A DNA stretch of 64,000 bases from Mobula hypostoma. Lineage: Eukaryota. Shown piece by piece: positions 11,812-25,894 of this stretch. The notes under the pieces are model-generated. The model had not been told where the DNA came from. It saw only the letters and a program-made list of their open reading frames with translations, and searched no databases. A program made the translations under genes and the position numbers. The stretch spans positions 187,862,001-187,926,000 of the forward strand of contig NC_086097.1 of NCBI RefSeq assembly GCF_963921235.1, read 5' to 3'. Position 1 is the stretch's first letter; the number at the start of each line of letters is the position of its first letter.

Positions 11812-13672
11812 CCACTTTGAAAGGAAGAATATAATTACAGCTGTGAGGATCCCTGCTGCACCTAGTGACCCTGTGATCTCTGTCTCAGAGGCCAATGTCA
11901 AGCTGTCTTTCAGGAGGGTGAACTCTCACTAGGTGGCAGGCCCCGATGGAGTAACTGGTAAGGCTCTGAAGTCTTGTGCCAACCAACTAGCAGGTGTATT
12001 CGAAGACATTTTAAATCTCTCACTGTTATGGATGGAAGTTCCCACCTGCTTCAAAATTGCAACAATTATACCAGTGCCCAAGAAGAGTAGGGTGAGCTGC
12101 CTTAACAACTATCGTCCAGTAGCACTCACATCTACAGTGATGAAATGCTTTGAGAGGTTGGTCATGGCTAGAATTAACTCCAGCCTCAGCAGAGACCTGG
12201 ACACACTGCAATTTGTCTATTGCCACAACAGGTCTATGGCAAATGCAATCTCAATGGCTCTTCACATGGCCTTCGACCACCTGGACAATACAAACACCTA
12301 TGTCAGGATGCTGTTCATTGACTATAGCTCAATGTTTACCACCATCATTCCCACAGTCCTGAACGATAAGCTACAGAAGCTGGGCCTCTGTACCTCCCTC
12401 TACAATTGGACCCTTGACCAACTAACTGGAAGACCACAATCTGTGTGGATTGGTAATAACATCTCCTTCTCACTGATGATCAACACGGGCACCTCTCAGC
12501 CCACTGCTCTACTCTCTCTATACCCATAGCTATGTGGCTAGGCATAGCTCAAATGACACCCGTAAACTTGCTGACAGTACAACCATTGATGGCAGTATCT
12601 CAGATGGAGTCGAGAGGGCATACAGGAGAAAAATATACTAGTTAGTGGAGTGGTGTTGCAGCAACAGCCTGGCACTCATCGTCAGTAAAACCAAAGAGCT
12701 GATTGTGGACTTCAGAAAGAGTGAGACAAGGGAACACAAACCAATCCTCATAGAGGGATCAAAAGTGGAAAGAGTGAGCAATTTTGAGTTCCTGGTTGTC
12801 GAGATCTCTGAGGATCTAACCTGGTCCCAACATATCGATGCAGCCAAAAAGAAGGCAAGACAGTGGCAATATTTCATTAGGACTTTGAGGAGATTTTGTT
12901 TGTCACATAAAATGCTCAAAAATTTCCACAGATGTACTGTGGGGAGCATTCTGACAGGCTGCATCACTGTGTGTGGGGTGGGGCTACTGCACAGGATCGA
13001 AAGAGACTACAGGAAGTTGTAAGATTAGTCAGCTCCATCATGGGTATTAGCCTCCGTAGTATCTAAGACATCTTTAAGGAGCAGTCCCTCAGAAAGGCGA
13101 GTCCATTATTAAGGACCCCCATCACCAAGGATATGCTCTCTTCTCACTGTTACCATCAGGAATGAGGTACATAAGAACATCAGAGATAGGTGCAGGAGTA
13201 GGCCATCCGGCCCATCAAGCCTGCCCTACCATTCAATAAGATCATGGCTGATCTGCCCGTAAACTCAGTTCCATCTACCTGCCTTTTCCCCATAACCCTT
13301 AATTCCCTTACTATGTAAAATCCTATCTAACTGTTTCTTAAATCTATTTAGTGAAGAAGTCTCAACTGCTTCTCTGGGCAGAGAATTCCACAGATTCACC
13401 ACTCTCTGGGAAAAACAGTTTCTCCTCATCTCCATCCTAAACCTTCTCCTCTGAATCTTGAGGCAATGTCCCCGAGTTCTAGTCTCACCTACCAATGGAA
13501 ACAACTTTCCTATTTCTATCTTATCTATCCCTTTCAAGGTACGGAAGCCTTAAGCCACATGCCCGGCAATTCAGGAAAAGCTTCCTCCCCCTTGCCATCC
13601 AATTTCTAAGTGGACATTGAACCCATGAGTACAACCTCACATTTTACCCCTATTATTTCTATTTTTGCACTA
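11812..13672 (+). mobile_element. Rex1/Babar-like LINE, 5'-truncated
   Basis: RT peptides [24 protein letters not shown] and LFIDYSS.F, interrupted by a CR1. Confidence 0.85.
13171..13536 (-). mobile_element. CR1 3' fragment
   Basis: ORF2 C-terminus, with TSD aggtac (13165-13170, 13537-13542). Confidence 0.9.
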
Positions 13673-14158
13673 TCTGCAAGTTAACTTTTAGGGAATCCTG
13701 CATGAGGTCTTTCAAGCCCCTTTGCACCTCTGATTTTTGAATTTTCTCCCCACTTAGGAAATAGTCTATGCCTTTATTCCTTCTGGCAAAGCATGGCGAT
13801 ACACTTTCCTACACTGTTTTCCATCTGCCACTCTTTTCCCTTTCTCCTATTCTGTCTAAATCCTTCTGCAGACTCCCTGCTTCTTCAACATTACCTACAC
13901 CTCTGCCAGTCTTCATATCTTCCACAAATTTGGCCTCAAAGTCATCAATTCTATCACCAAATCATTTACTTATAATATGAAAAAAGCTGACCCCTGAGAA
14001 ACACCACTCATCACCAGCAGACAACCCAAAAAGGCCCCCTTAATTCCCACTCTTTTCCTACTACCAGTCAGCCAATCTTCTATCCATGCTAGTGTCTGTC
14101 CTATAATCCTATGGGTTCCTATCTCGTTTAAGTAGCCTCAAGTGCAGCACCTTGTCAT
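13673..14158 (-). mobile_element. Old CR1 RT fragment
   Basis: Similar to the RT region at 30150-30640. Confidence 0.7.
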
Positions 14159-14460
14159 GCTGAGATCTGGAGCAGCAAACAATCTTCTGGAAAAATTCAG
14201 TGGGCTGAGCAGCATTTTCTGTCGGAGAAAAGGAATTGTCAGCATTTCAGGTCCTGCATCCTGAAACCTTGATCCATGGTTTTAGTCCCCCTGACCAGGA
14301 GAAACAAGTTCCTTACACTTATCCTGGCAAACCACGTCAGAATTTTATATGTTTCAATGACATCTCTTCTCATAAATAACCCAATCTCTCTTTATTTGAC
14401 AGACAAGCCAACTCTGGAATCAGTCAGCTGATTCATAGTACTTCTCTTTCTTAGATCCTT

Positions 14461-17400
14461 TCAGGGAGGTTTGTTAGTGCTCTTGGGGAGGCTTTAAACT
14501 AGATTTGCAGGGGGATGGGAACCAGAGTGCCAGAGCTGACAGTGTGGCTGGGGTGAAAATAAATGATGTTGAAAGTTTAAGTAAATCCGCTGATAGAAAG
14601 GTTGTGAGTGGTGGTAAAAATCTTCTGAGATGTATATATTTCAATGCTAGGAGTATTGCGGGGAAGGCGGATGAGTTGGGGGCGTGGATTGACACGTGGA
14701 ATTATGATGTTGTAGCAATTAGTGAAACTTGGCTACAGGAGGGGCAGGACTGGCAGCTTAATATTCCAGGGTTCCAATGTTTCAGATGTGATCGAGGCAG
14801 AGGAATGAAAGGTGGGGGAGTAGCATTGCTTGTTAGGGAAAATATTACAGCAGTGCTCAGGCAGGACAGATTAGAGGGCTTGTCTACTGAGTCCTTATGG
14901 GTGGAGCTGAGAAACAGGAAAAGTATGGCCACATTAGTGGGATTGTATTACAGACCACCCAATAGTCAACGAGACTTGGAAGAGCAAATCTGCAGAGAGA
15001 TAGCAGGCAACTGCAGGAAACATAAAGTTGTGGTGGTAGGGGATTTTAATTTTCCATACATTGATTGGGACTCCCATACTGTTAGAGGTCTAGATGGTTT
15101 AGAGTTTGTAAAATGTGTTCAGGAAAGTTTTCTAAATCAATATATAGAGGGACCAACTAGAGGGGATGCAATATTGGATCTCCTGTTAGGTAACAAATTA
15201 GGGCAAGTGACAGAAGTCTGTGTAGGGGAGCACTTTGGTTCCAGTGATCATAACACCATTAGTTTCAATTTGAGCATGGACAAGGATAGATCTGGTCCTA
15301 GGGTTGAGGTTCTGAACTGGAAGAAGGCCAAATTTGAAGAAATGAGAAAGGATCTAAAAAGCATGGATTGGGACAGGTTGTTCTCTGGCAAAGATGTGAT
15401 TGGTAGGTGGGAAGCCTTCAAAGGGGAAGTTTTGAGAATGCAGAGTTTGTATGTTCCTGTCAGGATTAAAGGCAAATTGAATAGGAATAAGGAACCTTGG
15501 TTCTCAAGGGATATTGCTACTTAAGAAGAAGAGGGAGTTGTATGAAACGTATAGGAAACAGGGGGTAAATCAGATGCTTGAGGAGTATAAGAAGTGCAAA
15601 AAAATACTTAAGAAAGAAATCAGGAGGGCTAAAAGAAGACATGAGGTTGCCTTGGCAGTCAAAGTGAAGGATAATCCAAAGAGCTTTTACAGGTATATTA
15701 AGAGCAAAAGGATTGTAGGGGATAAAATTGGTCCTCTTGAAGATCAGAGTGGTCGGCTATGTGTGGAACCAAAGGAAATGGGGGTGATCTTAAATAGGTT
15801 TTTTGCGTCTGTATTTACTAAGGAAGCTGGCATGAAATCTATGGAATTGAGGGAATCAAGTAGAATCAAGTAGAATCAAGTAGAATCAAGTAGAATCAAG
15901 GGGACCATGGAAACTGTACAGATTAAAAGGAGGAGGTGCTTGCTGTCTTGAGGAAAATTAAAGTGGATAAATCCCCGGGACCTGACAGAGTGTTCCCTCG
16001 GACCTTGAAGGAGACTAGTGTTGAAATTGCGGGGGCCCTGGCAGAAATATTTAAAATGTCGCTGTCTACAGGTGAAGTGCCGGAGGATTGGAGAGTGGCT
16101 CATGTTGTTCCGTTGTTTAAAAAAGGATCGAAAAGTAATCTGGGAAATTATAGGCCAGTGAGTTTAACGTCAGTAGTAGGTAAGTTATTGGAGGGAGTAC
16201 TAAGAGACAGAATCTACAAGCATTTGGATAGACAGGGGCTTATTAGGGAGAGTCAACATGGCTTTGTGCGTGGTAGGTCATGTTTGACCAATCTGTTGGA
16301 GTTTTTCGACGAGGTTACCAGGAAAGTGGATGAAGGGAAGGCAGTGGATATTGTCTACATGGACTTCAGTAAGGCCTTTGACAAGGTCCCGCATGGGAGG
16401 TTAGTTAGGAAAATTCTGTCGCTAGGTATACATGGAGAGGTGGTAAATTGGATTAGACATTGGCTCGATGGAAGAAGCCAGAGAGTGGTGGTAGAGAATT
16501 GCTTCTCTGAGTGGAGGCCTGTGACTAGTGGTGTGCCACAGGGATCAGTGCTGGGTCCATTGTTATTTGTCATCTGTATCAATGATCTGGATGATAATGT
16601 GGTAAATTGGATCAGCAAGTTTGCTGATGATACAAAGATTGGAGGTGTAGTAGACAGTGAGGAAGGTTTTCAGAGCCTGCAGAGGGACTTGGACCATCTG
16701 GAAAAATGGGCTGAAAAATGGCAGATGCAGTTTAATACTGACAAGTGTGAGGTATTGCACATTGGAAGGACAAACCAAGGTAGGACATACAGGGTTAATG
16801 GTAAGGCACTGAGGAGTGCAGTGGAACAGAGGGATCTGGGAATACCAATACAAAATTCCCTAAAAGTGTTGTCACAGGTAGATAGGGTCGTAAAGAGAGC
16901 TTTTGGTACATTGGCCTTTATTAATCGAAGTATTGAGTATAGGAGCTGGAATGTTATGATGAGGTCGTATAAGGCATTGGTGAGGCCGAATCTGGAGTAT
17001 TGTGTTCAGTTTTGGTCACCAAATTACAGGAAGGATATAAATAAGGTTGAAAGAGTGCAGAGAAGGTTTACAAGGATGTTGCTGGGACTTGAGAAACTCA
17101 GTCACAGAGAAAGGTTGAATAGGTTAGGACTTTATTCCCTGGAGCGTAGAAGAATGAGGGGAGATTTGATAGAGGTATATAAAATTATGATGGGTATAGA
17201 TAGAGTGAATGCAAGCAGGTTTTTTCCACTGAGGCAAGGGGAGAAAAAAACCAGAGGACATGGGTTAAGGGAGAGGGGGGAAAAGTTTAAAGGGAACATT
17301 AGGGGGGGCTTCTTCACACAGAGAGTGGTGGGAGTATGGAATGAGCTGCCAGACGAGGTGGTAAATGCGGGTTCTTTTTTAACATTTAAGAATAAATTGG

Positions 17401-17545
17401 ACAGATACATGGATTGGAGGTGTATGGAGGGATATGGTCCGTGTGCAGGTCAGTGGGACTAGGCAGAAAATGGTTCGGCACAGCCAAGAAGGGCCAAAGG
17501 GCCTGTTTCTGTGCTGTAGTTTCTATCGTTCTATGGTTCTATGGT
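14461..17545 (+). mobile_element. CR1 LINE with near-complete ORF2 (APE + RT), frameshifted
   Basis: ORFs 14505-15524 (YFNARS, SETW, GDFN, SDH), 15514-15873 and 15936-17462 (GVPQGSVLGP, FADD), plus a ttctatgg-repeat tail. Confidence 0.97.
15853..15900 (+). repeat. 10-bp tandem repeat (tagaatcaag) x4 plus a partial unit
   Basis: Seen directly. The sister copy at ~46297 has a single unit. Confidence 0.95.
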
Positions 17546-18384
17546 AAGAGCAATACTTCAGAAAAATGCTCTCACTCATGGTCTCACCAAGGCCCTTTAC
17601 AATTGCAATAATACTTGCACATGAAATTGAATAAGAGCAGTGTAAATGGATTGGCTCAGTCTCAGTGGGCCCGTTTCTACACTGTATGTTTCTTTAAGCA
17701 GCTACAGTATAATTTCCAGTTAAAAGAGTGCAATCTGATAATTAGCCTTGACTCTTCCCAGCATTATTCCCTTGAGTGCAACTGATGCTCACCCTCATCA
17801 GTCTTGTACTTAATGGTGTCTTAGATTGTGACTGGGAGAATAAATGGGACTGCCGAGTTTGACGTTCAATTTTCAGTATTCACTCAAAGGAAAGTTAGCA
17901 GTATGTCTCAGAGAGTTCTGGAATGATACACACAGTAAAATGTTGGCAACTTCACTTTGATATGCTGCTAACAGTTAGCACTATATCTAATGTTGCACCT
18001 TTCAATGTCCACAACCTCTTTGTTCAGATTAGTTTGGGCCTGTATATTGTGATTGATGAAATTTTAGTTAAGACTTTAGAATTGATCGAAACATTTCTTT
18101 GCATGGTGAAGGTGTTATATTCATGTGCAAAGGAGACTACTGTATTCCCCCTTACTACATTTTTTCTGCTCTTGTTCTGTGGCTAGCATGAGGAGAGTTT
18201 TTTCAGGTCTGACTTTACTTATCAGAGGTCAATGTGATATGGTGGTTGTGAGCACTACGTTCACATCCCAACAGCAACAGCACAAATCCTGTTTTAGCAA
18301 GAGATCCTGTGTGCAAAATGCCCTTTCCAAAAACTGGATCTTTCAGCTCTATAAACATTTCACAAAATAAAATGAATGCTCAAG

Positions 18385-19098
18385 TATTTGAGGTCCACGT
18401 TTGATTAATGGCATTTACAGACTGGGCAAAGGAACGGCAGATGGAATTTAACTTGGACAAATGCAGAGTGATTCATTTTTTTGAAAGTTAAACCAGGGCA
18501 GGAAATTCACTGGGAATAGAACAGGGAACTGTTGTTACACAGAGAGGCATAGGGATACAAGTTCATAATTCTCTGAAAGCAGCAGCACTGGCAGGCAGGG
18601 TGGTAAAGAAGTTATATGACATACTTATCTTCCTCTGGTGGAGTACTGAATATATCAATTGGGATATCATGTTAATGGTCATTAGATTGTACTTTGAAAA
18701 TTCTGTGCTGGAAAGATAAGCCGGTGCTGATGCAGGAAAGATACACAAGAATGTTACCTGGGTTCGTTTCTTCAGTTATAAGGAGATACTGGAGAGACAG
18801 CATATGCTGAGTCTGTTTTATCTGGAGTAAAGGAGGCTGAGAAGTGACAAGATAGAGGTAAATAAAACAATGGGAAGAGTCGACAGAGTAGGTAGCCAAA
18901 GTCTATTACCCAAGTTTAAAACTACAAAGCAATATTCAAAACAATTGGGAGATCAAAAAGGATCTGAGGGATAAATGTTTCACAAAAAAAATGTCATTGG
19001 TATATGGAATGAGCTGCCAGAGGGTGTGGTGGAGGCAGGAATATTAACAACATTTAAGAGGCATCTAGGCAAGAAGTAAAATAAACAAGGGATAGATG
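18385..19098 (+). mobile_element. Old CR1 3' fragment (continues at ~22768-22850)
   Basis: Degenerate RT C-terminal sequence (gcagatggaattta, tggaatgagctgccagagg). Confidence 0.65.
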
Positions 19099-22000
19099 GC
19101 ACTATGATGTTGTGGCTATTACAGAGACTTGGATGGCTCAGGGGCAGGAATGGTTACTTAGGTTACATCCACACTAGACCGGATAATTTTGAAAATGCTG
19201 GTTTCGAGTAAAAACGACAGGCGTCCACACCAAGTGTTTTTCAAAATATCTCCATCCACATCAGAACGGATATTTGGGCGAATCTCCTCCTATTGGGTAT
19301 GCGTAGGACACAGAAGACAAGCAAAGAGGAAACGGTATACTTGGTGCGCGTTTGTCCAGTTACAGACTAGAAAAACTTTAAAGCAATTGCTGTTGGCTCT
19401 CGCACAGAAGGACTTAGAACTAAAAAACAACAAATACTGGAGCGTCTGGAGGCAACCGACAGAGAGTTCATGGACAGTATGACCCGGCTGATGACGAACA
19501 ATGAAAATCTGACTAACTCTGTTGCATTAATAAAGCACCTTGTTAAATGTATAAAACACGTCTGCACCAGTGTTATCTTGTATTTCCACACGACGTTACA
19601 TTAGGCTGTTACACAACTATTGTCAGAGAAGTACTTGCATAAATAGGTAAACCAACTTCATACAAGCAAGGACAGAAAACAGGGCAAAGTGAGTATACTA
19701 ATTTATTCAGTAAGCTATGGGTCAAAGTATTTGGTGAGTACATTTCTAACTCTTCTGGCTTCAGTCTCATTACCATTTGTTCTGAAATTGTTAGGTTGTG
19801 TGTGGGGTTGCGTTCAAGAAAACAATGAAATGCCGCGTTGCCGCCATCTGTTCCAGCACGTCATGACAGCATTTTAGTCAAAAAAGCTCACTTTACAATT
19901 TAACTCTCACGCCGTTCACACCGACTGTGCATTATAAGAGCCGTCCAGCAGTGCTTGCGCAGTACCAAGCAGAAGCAGAAAAATCATTGTTGTTGTGGTG
20001 TTGTCATGACAGTGTTTTTAAATATCTCTGTTTACCCCATCTACAATACAATGCACAACAATCATTTTCAAATTTACACACTCCGGAGAGTGTTTTAGAA
20101 AAGCTCCGTTTTCGGGGGATGAAAATGTCGTTTCAACGTGGACGGAGGGTCAAAACGAAGAGAAAAAGCTTTGTTTTCAAAATTATCCAGCATAGTGTGG
20201 ACGTAGCCTTAGAATGCCAGGCTTTAGATGTTTCAGAAAGGACAGGGAGGGAGGCAAAAGAGATGGGGGTGTGGCACTGTTGATCAGAGATAGTGTCACG
20301 GCTGCAGAAAAGGCAGAAGATATGGAGGGATCGTCTACAGAGTCTCTGTGGGTGGAAGTTAGGAACAGGAAGGGGGTCAATAACTCTACTGGGTGTTTTT
20401 TATAGACCACCCAATACTAACAGGGACATAGAGGAGCAGATAGGGAGACAGGTTCTGGAAAGGTATAATAATAACAGGGTTGTCGTGGTGGGAGACTTTA
20501 ATCTCCCAAATATTGATTGGCATCTCCCCAGAGCAAAGGGTTTAGATGGGGTGGAGTTTGTTAGGTGTGTTCAGGAAGGTTTCCTGACACAATATGTAGA
20601 TAAGCCTACAAGAGGAGAGGCTGTATTTGATCTGGTATTGGGAAATGAACCTGGTCAGGTGTCAGGTGTCTCAGTGGGAGAGTATTTTCGAGATAGTGAT
20701 CACAATTCCATCTCCTTTACCATAGCATTGGAGAGAGATAGGAACAGACAAGTTAGGAAAGCATTTAATTGGAGTAAGGGGAAATATGAAGCTATCAGGC
20801 CGGAACTTGGAAGCATAAATTGGGAACAGATGTTCTCAGGGAAATGTATGGCAGAAATGTGGCAAATGTTCAGGGGATACTTGTGTGGCGTTCTGCATAG
20901 GTACGTTCCAATGAAACAGGGAAAGGGTGGTAGGGTACAGGAACCATGGTGTGCAAAGTCTGTTGAAAATCTAGTCAAGAAGAAAAGAAAAGCTTACGAA
21001 AGGTTCAAATAACTAGGCGATAATAGAGATTTAGAAGATTATAAGGCTAGCAGGAAAGAGAAAATGAATACTTTGCTTCAGTATTCACTAAGGAAAAGGA
21101 TCTTGGCGATTGTACAGATGACTTACAGCGGATTGAAAAGCTTGAGCATATAGATATTAAGAAAGAGGATGTGCTGGAGCTTTTGGAAAGCATCAAGTTG
21201 GATAAGCCTCCTGGACTGGATGAGATGTACCCCAGACTACTGTGGAAGACGAGGGAGGAGTTGCTGAGCCTCTGGCAATGATCTTTGCATCATCAATGGG
21301 GTGGGGAGAGGTTCCAAAGGATTGGAGGGTTGCAGATGTAGTTCCCTTATTCAAGAAAGAGAGTAGAGATAGCCCAGGAAATTATAGACCAGTGAGTCTT
21401 ACTTCAGTGGTTGGTAAGTTTATGGAAAAGATCCTGAGAAGCAGGATTTATGAACATTTGGAGAGGCATAATATGATTAAGAACAGTCAGCATGGCTTTG
21501 TCAAAGGCAGGTCGTTCCTTGCGAGCCTGATTGAATTTTTGAGGATGTGATTAAACACATTGATGAAGGAAGAGAAGTAGACGTAGTGTATATGGATTTC
21601 AGCAAGGCATTTCATAAGGTACCCCATGCAAGGCTTATTGAGAAAGTAAGGAGGCATGGGATCCAAGGGGACCTTGTTTTATGGAACCAGAATTGGAATT
21701 GGCTTGCTCACAGAAGGCAAAGAGTGGCTGTAGACAGGTCATATTCTGCATGGTCATCAGTGACCAGTGCTGTGCCTCAGGGATCTGTTCTGGGACCCTT
21801 TCTCTGCATAATTTTTATAAATGATGTGGGTGTGAAAGTGGAGGGATGGGTTAGTAAACTTGCTGATGACATAAAGGTTGGAGGTGTTGTGGATAGTGTG
21901 GAGGGTTGTCAGAGGTTACAGTGGGACATCGATAGGATGCAAAACTGGGCTGAGAAGTGGCAGATGGAGTTCAACCCACATAAGTGTGAGGCGGTTCACT

Positions 22001-22767
22001 TTGGTAGGTCAAATATGATGGCAGAATATAGTATTAATGGTAAGACTCTTGGCAGTGTGGAGGATCAGAGAGATCTTGGGGACTGAGTCCATAGGACACT
22101 CAAAGCAGCTGTGCAGGTTGACTCTGTGGTTAAGAAGGCATATGGTGCATTGGCCTTCATCAACCGTCGGATTGAGTTTAAGAGCCAAGAGGTAATGTTA
22201 CAGCTATATAGGACCCCGGTCAGACCCACTTGGAGTACTGTGCACAGTTATGGTCGCCTCACTACAGGAAGGATGTGGAAACTACAGAAAAGGTGCAGAG
22301 GAGACTTACAAGGATTTTCCCTGGATTGGCGAGTATGCCTTATGAGAATGGGTTGAGTGAACTCAGATTTTTTTCCTTGGAGCGGTGGAGGATGAGAGGA
22401 GACCTGATAGAGGTGTGTAAGATGATGAGAGGCATTGATCGTGTGGATAGTCAGAGGCTTTTTCCCAGAGCTGAAATGGCTAACACAAGAGGGCACAATT
22501 TTAATGTGCTTGGACGTAGGTACAGAGGAGATGTCAGGGGTAAGTTTTTTACGCAGACAGTGGTGAGTGCATGGAATGGGCTGCCGGCAATGCTGGTGGA
22601 GGCAGATACAATAAGGTCTTTTAAGAAACTCCTGGATAGGTACATGGAGCTTAGAAAAATAAAGGGCTCTGGGCAACCCTAGGTAATTTCTAAAGTAAGT
22701 ACATGTTTGGCACAGCATTGTGGGCTGAAGGGCCTGTATTGTGTTGTAGGTTTTCTATGTTTCTATG
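19099..22767 (+). mobile_element. CR1 LINE ORF2, decayed, containing a Harbinger element
   Basis: APE and RT peptides in ORFs 20214-22682, with tail tttctatgtttctat. Confidence 0.93.
19161..20208. mobile_element. Non-autonomous PIF/Harbinger element
   Basis: TIRs ggttacatccacacta...tagtgtggacgtagcc with extended subterminal symmetry, and TTA TSD (19158-19160, 20209-20211). Confidence 0.9.
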
Positions 22768-22859
22768 GAAATTGAGCTAATGCAGGCAAGTGAGATTAGT
22801 ATAGATAATTATGATTGTCAGCAGAGATGTAGTGGGCCGAAAATCTTTTTCATTGCCAA

Positions 22860-25190
22860 TTGCTGATGGGACATTAACTGTCTAGACTTTAACACTCCTT
22901 TCTCCTATTCCAACTTCATCCCTTCCATAACATTTAGTAAACCTCCTCTGTACTGTCTCAATTTTATTGACATCTTTCCTATAATTCGGTGACATCAGAT
23001 GCTCTGCTCTCTATTCCCTCTGCACTAATCCTAACCTCACCATCAAATGCACAGATAAGGGAGGTGCTATAGTGGTCTGGTGTACTGACCTCTACCTTGC
23101 CGAGGCCCAGTGCCAACTCTCAGACACTTCCTCTAACTTATCCCTTGAACAGGATCCCACGAAGGAACACCAGGCCATTGTCTCCCACACCATCACCAAC
23201 CTTACTGACTCTGGGGATGTCCCATCCACTGGCACCAATCTCAAAGTCCCACCACCCTGCACCTCCTGCTTCTACCTCCTACCCAAAATTCAGAAGCCGG
23301 CTTGTCCAGGTAGACCCATTGTTTCAGCTTGGTCCTGCCACACTGAATGTATATCAGCACACCTTGGCTCTGTTTATCCCCTCAGTTCAGTCCCTTCATA
23401 CCTACATCCGTGACACATCACACGCTCTTGATCTTTTCAAGGATTTCAAGTTCCCTGCCCCCCAATGTCTTATTTTTACTGTGGATGTCCAGTCCCTATA
23501 TGCCTCCATCCCCCACCAGGAAGGCCTCAAAGTTTTCCATTTTTTCTGGACGTCAGGCCCAAGCTGTTCCCTCCAGAACCACTCTTCTTCTCCACCTAGC
23601 AGAAATTGTCCTCACTCTCAATCATTTCTCCTTTGGCTCTTCCCACTTTCTTCAAATAAAAGGGCTAGCCATGGGTATTCGCATGAGTCTCAGTTATGCC
23701 TGCCTGTGTTTCGGCTATGTAGAGCAGTCTATGTTCCAAGCCTACACTTGGAACATACCGTCCCACACTTTACCTATTCTGCATCAATGACTGCATTGGT
23801 GCTATTTCCTGCACCCGTGCTGAACTCGTCGACTTCATCCGCTTTGCCTCCAACTTCCACAGCACCATTAAATTCACCTGGTCCATTTCCAACACCTCCA
23901 TTCCTTTTCTCGATCTCACTGTCTCTATCTCTGGAGACAGCTTATCTACCAATAGCTATTACAAATCCACAGACTCTCACAGCTACCTAGACTACACCTC
24001 GTCTCACCCTACTACTTGTAAAAACACCATCCCTTTTTCTCAATTCCTCTATCTCCACTGCATCTGCTCTCAGGATGAGGTTTTTCATTCTGGAATGAAG
24101 GAGATGTCCACCCTTTTCAAAACAAGAGGTTTCCCTTCCTCAACACTGCACTCAACCGCATCTTTTCCATTTCATGCACGTCTGCTCTTACACCAACCTT
24201 CTGCTACCCTACCAGGGATAGGATTCATTTTGTCCTCACCTACCACCCCATCAGCCTCTGTGTTCAGCACATAATTCCCTGACACTTCCACCACCTCCAA
24301 AGGGATCCCACCATCAAACACATCTTTCCCTCCCTCCCACTTTCTACTTTCCGCAGGGATCACTTCCTACGCAACTCCCTTGTCCTTTCACCCCTCCTCA
24401 CTGATCTCCCTCCAGGTATTTATCCTTGCAAGCGGAAGAAGTACCACACCTGCCTCTACACCACCTCCCTCGCTATCATTCAGGGCCCCAAACAGTCCTT
24501 CCAGCTGAGGCGACACTTCACCTGTGAGTCTGCTGGAGTCACTTACCGTGTCCCGTGCTCCTGGTGTGGCCTCTTGTATATCGGTGAGACCTGATGTAGA
24601 TTGGTGTACCACTTCGCTGAGTATCTACGCTCCGTCTGCCAGAAAAAGCGGTATCTCCCAGTGGCCAACCATTTTAATTCCACTTCCCATTCCAATTCCG
24701 ATATGTCTATCCATGGCCTCCTCCACTGCCGTGATGAGGCCACACTTCGGTTGGAACAACATCTTATATTCCGTTTGGGTAGCCTCTAACCTGATAGCAT
24801 GAACATCGATTTCTCAAACTTCCAGTAATGCCCCCCAACCCCCCACCTTTCTCCATTTCCCATCCCCTTTTTTCTTCTCTCACCTTATCTCCTTGCCCAC
24901 CCATTGCCTCCCTCTAGTGGTGCTCCTCCCCCCCTTTTCTTTCTTCCCAGGCCTATTGTCTCTTTCACCAATTACCTTCCCAGCTCTTTGCTTCATCCCA
25001 CCCCCTCCAGGTTTCACCTATCACCTGGTGGTTCTCTCTCCCCTCCCCCCACTTTTTAAATCTATTCCTCAGCTTTTTTCTTCAGTTCTGCCAAAGGGTT
25101 TTCAGCCTGAAACGTCGACTGTACTTTTTTTCCATGGAAGCTGCCTGGCCTGCTGAGTTCCTCCAGCATTTTGTGTGTGTTGTTTGGCCT
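22860..25190 (+). mobile_element. Penelope-like element (RT + GIY-YIG + terminal repeat), decayed
   Basis: FYLLPKI, GRPIVS, DVQSLY..IP and KGLAMG motifs, a GIY-YIG-like region ~24520-24790 and a terminal repeat to ~25190. Confidence 0.9.
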
Positions 25191-25894
25191 TCAATACTGT
25201 TCAACCCTGTGAATCCATAGCACGTGCAGTAATGTCGAGTAATGTTGCAAATTGAATTGGAGTGAAACATTAAGAACAAAATTCCCTGTGTAAGTGCTGT
25301 TTCTTGGTGAAAAGTAATGCCTGGAAGCATCTTTGATGTTCAAGCCTCGATTACATGTTTCATCATTGTTCAAAAACAAGGTGATAAATATCTCAGATAA
25401 ACACTAGCTAAGTTATTTTTTTCTCTGTGACCCCCCTCATCACATTCTACAGATAGTATCTGTTGTATTGAACTGGGTAGGAAAACAATTTCCACCTTTC
25501 AACGTGACCCACTTTCTCTTTCAACAAAGACACTTATCTGATTAAAAAAGGAGTAAATAGCAAGAGGTTTAATTAGTCATTTGACATAACTTCCAATTAC
25601 AAGACTTAAATTCCTTCTCATGTAAGCATGGTCAAGATTGTTTTGTTCTATCTTCTCTCGTTTAGGTACTGATAATATTAGAGCAACAATTGGCACTAAA
25701 ATAATATGCAGTTCAGTTCTAACACCATATACAAATCTGATCCATGTGGCAATACCTCATCAGATTGCCATCATAAGGATAGCAGACCTACATATTTAGG
25801 TCTCAAACCAGTCAATATGGTAATATTCCATTCATTGTTAATAGCTCGATTTTAAGGCTATTTTCAGTGGAACTGGTAATTAAACCACACTTAT

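Noticed and set aside
15853..15900. CRISPR-like array
   Set aside because: Contiguous 10-bp tandem units without spacers, in eukaryotic DNA.
25640..25825. Plus-strand exon after a strong acceptor
   Set aside because: All three frames hit stops before the candidate donor.
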